Positions 59,456 to 64,000 of a DNA stretch of 64,000 nucleotides are shown here, one piece after another. The notes below the pieces were generated by a model that searched no databases, was not told where the DNA came from, and was given only the letters and a program-made list of their open reading frames with translations. The stretch spans positions 896,001 through 960,000 of the forward strand of contig CAWGJT010000006.1 in the NCBI GenBank assembly GCA_963822965.1, in the 5' to 3' direction. Both the position numbers and the translations under genes were made by a program. The DNA comes from an uncultured delta proteobacterium (GTDB taxonomy: Bacteria; Myxococcota_A; UBA9160; UBA4427). Numbering within the stretch: the first letter of the stretch is position 1; each line of letters starts with the position of its first letter.

Positions 59456-60952
59456 CTACCAGCTCTCCAGGATCGTCTTGCGCTGCATCGGATCGAGCTC
59501 GCGGATGCGCGGATCCTCGTAGTACGAATCCCCGACGATGTGGGTCGTCGAGATCTCCTGGATGATGGCGCCGCCCACGGAGCTGAACCCATGCACGTCG
59601 CCCCGCTGCACGAGCAGGGAATCGCCCGGCGTGAGGGCGATCTTCTCGCCGTTGAGCTCCACCTCCACGTCCCCCCACAGCAGCCGGAAGGTCTCCTCCT
59701 TGCGCTTGTGGTGGTGCAGCGGGTGGCGCTGGCTCGGCAGCACGATCAGCAGCTTCTCCGCGTACTCCCGGTTGACCAGGTTGACGAGGATGCAGCCCGT
59801 CTGCCGGAAGCTCTCCAGGCCGTAGTGGTGGGAGATCTCGATGGGGTAGTCGTCTCCGAGGACGATACCGGCCTCGAAGATCTGCCCCTTGGCGTCGTGG
59901 AGGATGCCGCGGAGCTGTCGGATCTTGTCCGAGGCGGGCTTCTCGAAGACCGCCTCGTTGACGTTGTAGTCGCGGCTGGCCGTGAAGCGCGCCCGCAGGT
60001 GGCCGAAGTGGCCGCTGGTGAGCTGGCCCGGCTGGCAGGGCATGGCGAAGAACACGTCCCCGGGCTCGATCGTCTGCCCCTTGCGCAACGGCTTCTTGGC
60101 GAAGACGCCCCGCTGGAGGGACAGCAGCGAGTCCAGCTCGTCCTGGCTCACGTGCTTGCTCTGGTCGGGGCCGCAGATGGCTCGGGACCGCTCCGCGGCC
60201 AGCACCCACTGCTCCATCTCGGCCGGATTCATCGAGTAGGCGTTGAGCTTGATGGTCTCGGTGGGAACCCCCACGTGCCGTTCGAGCAGCCGGGCACCCT
60301 TGGCGATGGCGGCCACCGCCACCTCGGTGTTGGTCGGGGCCTCGTGGCCCGAATAGCCCACCCGCACGTAGGGATAGCGGCGGATCATCTTCTCCATGAA
60401 GTTGAGCGCCACCTGCTCGTTGGGTGTCGGGTAGAGCGACACGCAGTGCATCAGGGCGAAGGACGGCACGCGCTTGCGGAAGAAGCTGACCAGGTTGTCG
60501 ATGTCGAAGATGCCGAGCCCGCCGGTGGAGGCGATCACGGGCTTGCGGGCGCCGGCGATGGCCTCGAGCAGGGGCCAGTCGGTGGCCGAGCAGCTCGCGA
60601 CCTTGATGACCTGGATGCCCAGGTCGAGACAGGTTCCGACCGAGACCTCGTCGAAGGGGGTCGCCACCGGGACGAGCCCCGCCTCCCGGATGGCGTCCGT
60701 CAGCTCGCGGAACTGGTCCTTCTCGAGCCGGGTGGCCTCGAATCGGGGCAGGTGGGCCACGTCCTGGCGACCCCGGAAGTCGCCATGGATGAACGTGTCG
60801 AGGTCGCGGAACTGGAGCTTCACCGCGGCCTTGATCTTGTGCGTCCGGGCCAGACGGGCGACGGCGTCGATGATGGCCAGGCCGTGCTCGACGCTGCCCT
60901 GATGGTTGTTGGCCATCTCGAAGATGTAGAGATCGTCGAGCAGATCGTTCAT
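59456..60952 (-). CDS. N-acetylneuraminate synthase (NeuB) family with SAF domain and C-terminal cupin (D-lyxose-isomerase-like)
   Basis: FEMANNHQG, KLQFR, TPFD, KVAS, HCVSLYP, GYSGHE, ERH; SAF (RGVFAKK..KG); cupin (YAEKLL…HPLHHHKRKEETF…VHGF…EIST). Confidence 0.9.
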   Translation of the reverse strand: MNDLLDDLYIFEMANNHQGSVEHGLAIIDAVARLARTHKIKAAVKLQFRDLDTFIHGDFRGRQDVAHLPRFEATRLEKDQFRELTDAIREAGLVPVATPFDEVSVGTCLDLGIQVIKVASCSATDWPLLEAIAGARKPVIASTGGLGIFDIDNLVSFFRKRVPSFALMHCVSLYPTPNEQVALNFMEKMIRRYPYVRVGYSGHEAPTNTEVAVAAIAKGARLLERHVGVPTETIKLNAYSMNPAEMEQWVLAAERSRAICGPDQSKHVSQDELDSLLSLQRGVFAKKPLRKGQTIEPGDVFFAMPCQPGQLTSGHFGHLRARFTASRDYNVNEAVFEKPASDKIRQLRGILHDAKGQIFEAGIVLGDDYPIEISHHYGLESFRQTGCILVNLVNREYAEKLLIVLPSQRHPLHHHKRKEETFRLLWGDVEVELNGEKIALTPGDSLLVQRGDVHGFSSVGGAIIQEISTTHIVGDSYYEDPRIRELDPMQRKTILESW

Positions 60953-61336
60953 CACGCTCTCCGGTGCGGGCGCAACCACGGCCTACCGGCCCGCGCAGCC
61001 TGGTGCAGCCCCACACGCCGGGCCTCCCGCGACGGCAAGGCGAGAGTTCGATGGCAGTTGCGTGATGGAGATGCGGGTAGCAGCGGGATGAGGGGTAGCA
61101 GGCGGGCCGGACGCCAGTCAACCGGATCCCGCGGGGAAGCGAGTCGTTCCTCTCGTCCGCCCGTGGCCCCCTCTGAGCCGACCCGAAGGGCCCTCTGGCC
61201 CCCCGGGTCGGACCTGCCGGCGCTTGCGTCTCGACTGCCGCAATCGGCGCGGGTATCCTGCGCGGCTCTCCACGCCCCTCGCGGGCCGACCAGAAGGATT
61301 CGCCCACCCGGGCTCCCCTATTCCTGGAGTGCGAAA

Positions 61337-63784
61337 GTGTCGAGAGGTCGCGCGCTATCCCCGCAACGCGCCATCCCCGAGGCCATCGTGCTCGGCGTCC
61401 GTCCGGGCGTCGAGCCGAGCGAGAAGCCCCCGGTCCGCATCTTCCTGGGCACCGAGCCGTCCCAGTATCGTGCCGAGCGGGTCTTCCTGTGGTCGATCGA
61501 GCAGGTCCGGGATCCCGCCCGGGTCTACGAGATCCACCTCATGAAGAACCTCGCGGGCTTCCGGAACCTCCTCTGGAACACCGGCTTCACCAACTATCGC
61601 TTCGCGATCCCGCACTTCGCCGGCTATCGCGGGCGGGCCATCTACAACGACGTCGACCAGGTCTACCTCGCCGATCCGGCGGAGCTGTTCGACCTCGACC
61701 TCGGCCCGCACGGCTATCTCGCGGTGAGCGAGACCGATACCTCCGTGATGCTGATGGACTGCGAGAAGATGGGCCGCTTCTGGAGCCTTCCGGCCGCGCG
61801 CCGGCGCCGGAAGTACGGCCTGATCAACGCGGCGCGCTCCGTCCCGGGGACCTACGGGGTGTTGCCGCCCGAGTGGAACGCGCGAGACGAGGAGCACGTC
61901 GCCGGCCGGAGCAAGCTCCTGCACTACACCACGCTCCACAAGCAGCCGTGGCGTCCCTTTCCCGAGCGCTTCTACTACCAGCCCAACTCCGTGGGCGAGC
62001 TGTGGTTCGAGATGGAGCGCGCCGCCGATGCGGCGGGCTACCAGCCCTACCCCGGCGGCAGCGAGGCTTCCGCCATCGACCCGCCCCGCCTTCACGCGAC
62101 CGGCGGCTCGCTGCTCGACGAGTCCATCCGCGACACGGTCGAGCGGACCGGCGCCCGGACCGTGCTCGAGGTCGTCCCCGGCGCCTACGGGCTCGAGCCC
62201 GGGAGGCCGTCGGCGTGGGGCTCCGAGATCTGCGACCGCATCGGACTCACCGCTCTTCCGGGGGTCCGGGGCATCCACGACGGCGTGGTCTGCCGGGCCC
62301 GCCTCGATCAGGTCCCTCCGGAGGCCCTGCCGCGGGTGATCGACGACCTCTTTCGCCACGCCCGTCGCTTCGTGTTCGCGGCGGTGCGCTGCGACCCGCC
62401 CGCCCGGCGCCGCTACCTGCACTCGCCGCGGGGAACCATCCATCAGCCCGCCTGGTGGGAGTGGCTCTTCCGGACGGCGGCCGCCCGCTACCCGGACGTC
62501 CACTGGCGGGTCGCGGTCACGCGCTCCCGCGGCGCAGGACGGCCGGTCGCATTCGAGGGGCCCGGGGTGGAGTTCGTGCACGGCGGCTCCTTCCCCGGCG
62601 CAAGCCGCGGTCGACTCCCGCGGGTCTGGGTGCTGACCGACCACAAGCCCGGCCACACGACCCAGTCCGAAGGGCTCGCGCGTCAGCTGGGATGGCCGTA
62701 CGAGCGCATCGATCTCGAATTCAATGTCCTCGAGGAGCTTCCCAACGCCTGGACCCGCGGTACCCGTCGCACGCTCACGCCCGCGAGCAGCCGGCGACTG
62801 GCCCCGCCCTGGCCGGACCTGGTCCTCGCCACGGGCCGGCGGACGGCCCCCATCGCGAGCTGGATCCGGAAGCAGTCGCGGGGGCTCGCCCGCACGGTGC
62901 AGATGGGCCGGATCGGCGCCTTCGAACGCGACGTATTCGACCTCGCCGTGGCGCCCGCGTACGCGTGCCTGTACCCCGACCCCCGCCGCATCGACACGGC
63001 GGCTCCGGTGACGCGGGTCTCGCCCGCCGCCCTCGAGCGCGCCGCGGTCCAGTGGGGGCCCGAGTTCGCCTCGGCGCCGACCCCCCGGCTGGCGCTGCTC
63101 GTGGGGGGCAAGGATCCCGAGCACGAGCTGCGATCCAGCCAGGCGGCCCGGCTCGGCGAGGCCATCGCCGAGCTGGCGGCCCGGGAGGGTGGATCCGTGC
63201 TGGCCACGACCAGCCGGCGTACCCCGCGCCGTGCGGCAGACGCCCTCGAGCGGTCACTCGGCGACGTGTGCGCCCACTTCCACCGCTGGGATCAGAGCCG
63301 GTCGGCCAACGAGAACCCCTACATGGGATACCTGGCGCTGGCGGACGCCCTCGTGGTGACGGGAGAGAGCGCCTCGATGCTCGCCGAGGCCTGCGCGACC
63401 GGGAAGCCGGTCTACATCTACCCCCTGGCCGAGCGCTCTCCGGGTCCCAAGAACTGGGCGTTGCGAGCCGAACGCTGGCTGGCGGACCTGGTGACGGCCC
63501 GGGCCTACGCGCGGCCTGTCAATCGCCGCGGCATCGAGCGCCCCCAGCGGGGCCTCGAGCTTCTCTGCGCGAAGCTCCTGGCACGGGGCTTCGTCCGCAC
63601 CAGCGGGCACAGCCGGCGCCTCCACGAGGTGCTGGTCGAGCGAGGCCTGGCCCGCATCTTCGACGGCAAGCTGGCTCCGGTCCCGTCGGACCAGCTGAGC
63701 GACGTCGAGCTCGTGGCGGACCGGGTGCGCGAGTGCATGGGGATGGCGCGGGAGGGACGGCGCCCCCCGACTTCCTGGCTCTGA
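61337..63784 (+). CDS. fusion of GT8-like glycosyltransferase, degenerate methyltransferase-like domain and ELM1 (Mito_fiss_Elm1) domain
   Basis: TGFTNYRFAIP…AIYNDVDQ…SVMLMDC…EWN..D…LLHYT…QPW; middle DGVVC…L..V…FVFAAV…WW; C-terminal VWVLTD.KPGH..Q..GLA, PWPDL, TTSRRTP, NPYMGYLA.AD..VVTGES.SM..EA…GKPV. Confidence 0.85.
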   Translation: MSRGRALSPQRAIPEAIVLGVRPGVEPSEKPPVRIFLGTEPSQYRAERVFLWSIEQVRDPARVYEIHLMKNLAGFRNLLWNTGFTNYRFAIPHFAGYRGRAIYNDVDQVYLADPAELFDLDLGPHGYLAVSETDTSVMLMDCEKMGRFWSLPAARRRRKYGLINAARSVPGTYGVLPPEWNARDEEHVAGRSKLLHYTTLHKQPWRPFPERFYYQPNSVGELWFEMERAADAAGYQPYPGGSEASAIDPPRLHATGGSLLDESIRDTVERTGARTVLEVVPGAYGLEPGRPSAWGSEICDRIGLTALPGVRGIHDGVVCRARLDQVPPEALPRVIDDLFRHARRFVFAAVRCDPPARRRYLHSPRGTIHQPAWWEWLFRTAAARYPDVHWRVAVTRSRGAGRPVAFEGPGVEFVHGGSFPGASRGRLPRVWVLTDHKPGHTTQSEGLARQLGWPYERIDLEFNVLEELPNAWTRGTRRTLTPASSRRLAPPWPDLVLATGRRTAPIASWIRKQSRGLARTVQMGRIGAFERDVFDLAVAPAYACLYPDPRRIDTAAPVTRVSPAALERAAVQWGPEFASAPTPRLALLVGGKDPEHELRSSQAARLGEAIAELAAREGGSVLATTSRRTPRRAADALERSLGDVCAHFHRWDQSRSANENPYMGYLALADALVVTGESASMLAEACATGKPVYIYPLAERSPGPKNWALRAERWLADLVTARAYARPVNRRGIERPQRGLELLCAKLLARGFVRTSGHSRRLHEVLVERGLARIFDGKLAPVPSDQLSDVELVADRVRECMGMAREGRRPPTSWL

Positions 63785-63785
63785 G

Positions 63786-63833
63786 CGGGGCTTCCGCCTC
63801 TCCGGCCTCCGGGGCTTCCGCCTCTCCGGTCTC
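63786..63833. repeat. 24-bp direct repeat x2 between convergent genes
   Basis: CGGGGCTTCCGCCTCTCCGG[C/T]CTC at 63786 and 63810. Confidence 0.8.
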
Positions 63834-63843
63834 CGGAACCGTC

Positions 63844-64000
63844 TCAGAGGGCCGCGAGCTTGCGGACCGGATCGCTGCCGCCGCCGTATCCGTAGGCGTC
63901 CGCCAGCCGCGATTCGATCGTCTCGTCCACCCAGGCCACCTGCTCGGGCGTGAGATCGTCCCGGTAGCCGGCCACCTTGCCCCGGCGCACCTTGAGGGTC
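63844..64000 (-). CDS. sulfotransferase, C-terminal fragment (start outside window)
   Basis: TLKVRRGKVAGYRDDLTPEQVAWVDETIESRL…GYG, paralogous to the end of 58478-59368. Confidence 0.85.
   Translation of the reverse strand, partial: TLKVRRGKVAGYRDDLTPEQVAWVDETIESRLADAYGYGGGSDPVRKLAAL

Noticed and set aside
58976..61336. N-terminal half of the 1602-aa ORF as part of a giant fusion
   Set aside because: Antisense to the sulfotransferase and NeuB genes. The real gene most likely starts at GTG 61337.

Overview
High-GC (about 70% by eye) chromosomal segment of a diderm bacterium. It is most likely a Myxococcota-type organism, inferred from a giant TPR protein, a Myxococcus-type PilZ protein, an atypical Hsp70/J-domain pair, a Hanks kinase, lpxC and an LLM/F420-type oxidoreductase. 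Most of the window is housekeeping: purC; the rimP-nusA-infB-DUF503-rbfA-truB-rpsO-pnp-dut-cdsA operon; pyrK/pyrD; lpxC; yebC-ruvCAB; purE; aroE. Seven accessory or unusual modules stand out. (1) An exported protein fusing two thioredoxin-like domains to a duplicated c554-type tetraheme module (8 heme CxxCH), placed among thiolase/DUF35/enoyl-CoA hydratase genes. (2) A surface-glycan locus of about 11.5 kb, running off the window end, with a NeuB-SAF-cupin synthase, CMP-ulosonate synthetase, Gfo/Idh/MocA oxidoreductase, 2OG-Fe dioxygenase, HAD phosphatase, two sulfotransferases and a GT8-like/methyltransferase-like/ELM1 fusion. (3) RimK fused to an RCK_C domain, with RimB and an M14 peptidase. 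(4) An orphan rplX next to a Cys-free rpmG, separated by a 14-bp tandem repeat. (5) A porin with a sigma54 promoter and two NtrC-like sites. (6) Several intergenic palindromic tandem repeats. (7) Five single-base insertions that break nusA, pyrD and pyrK and are probably assembly errors. No tRNA, rRNA, CRISPR array or mobile element was recognised. All calls come from motif reading, not database searches.
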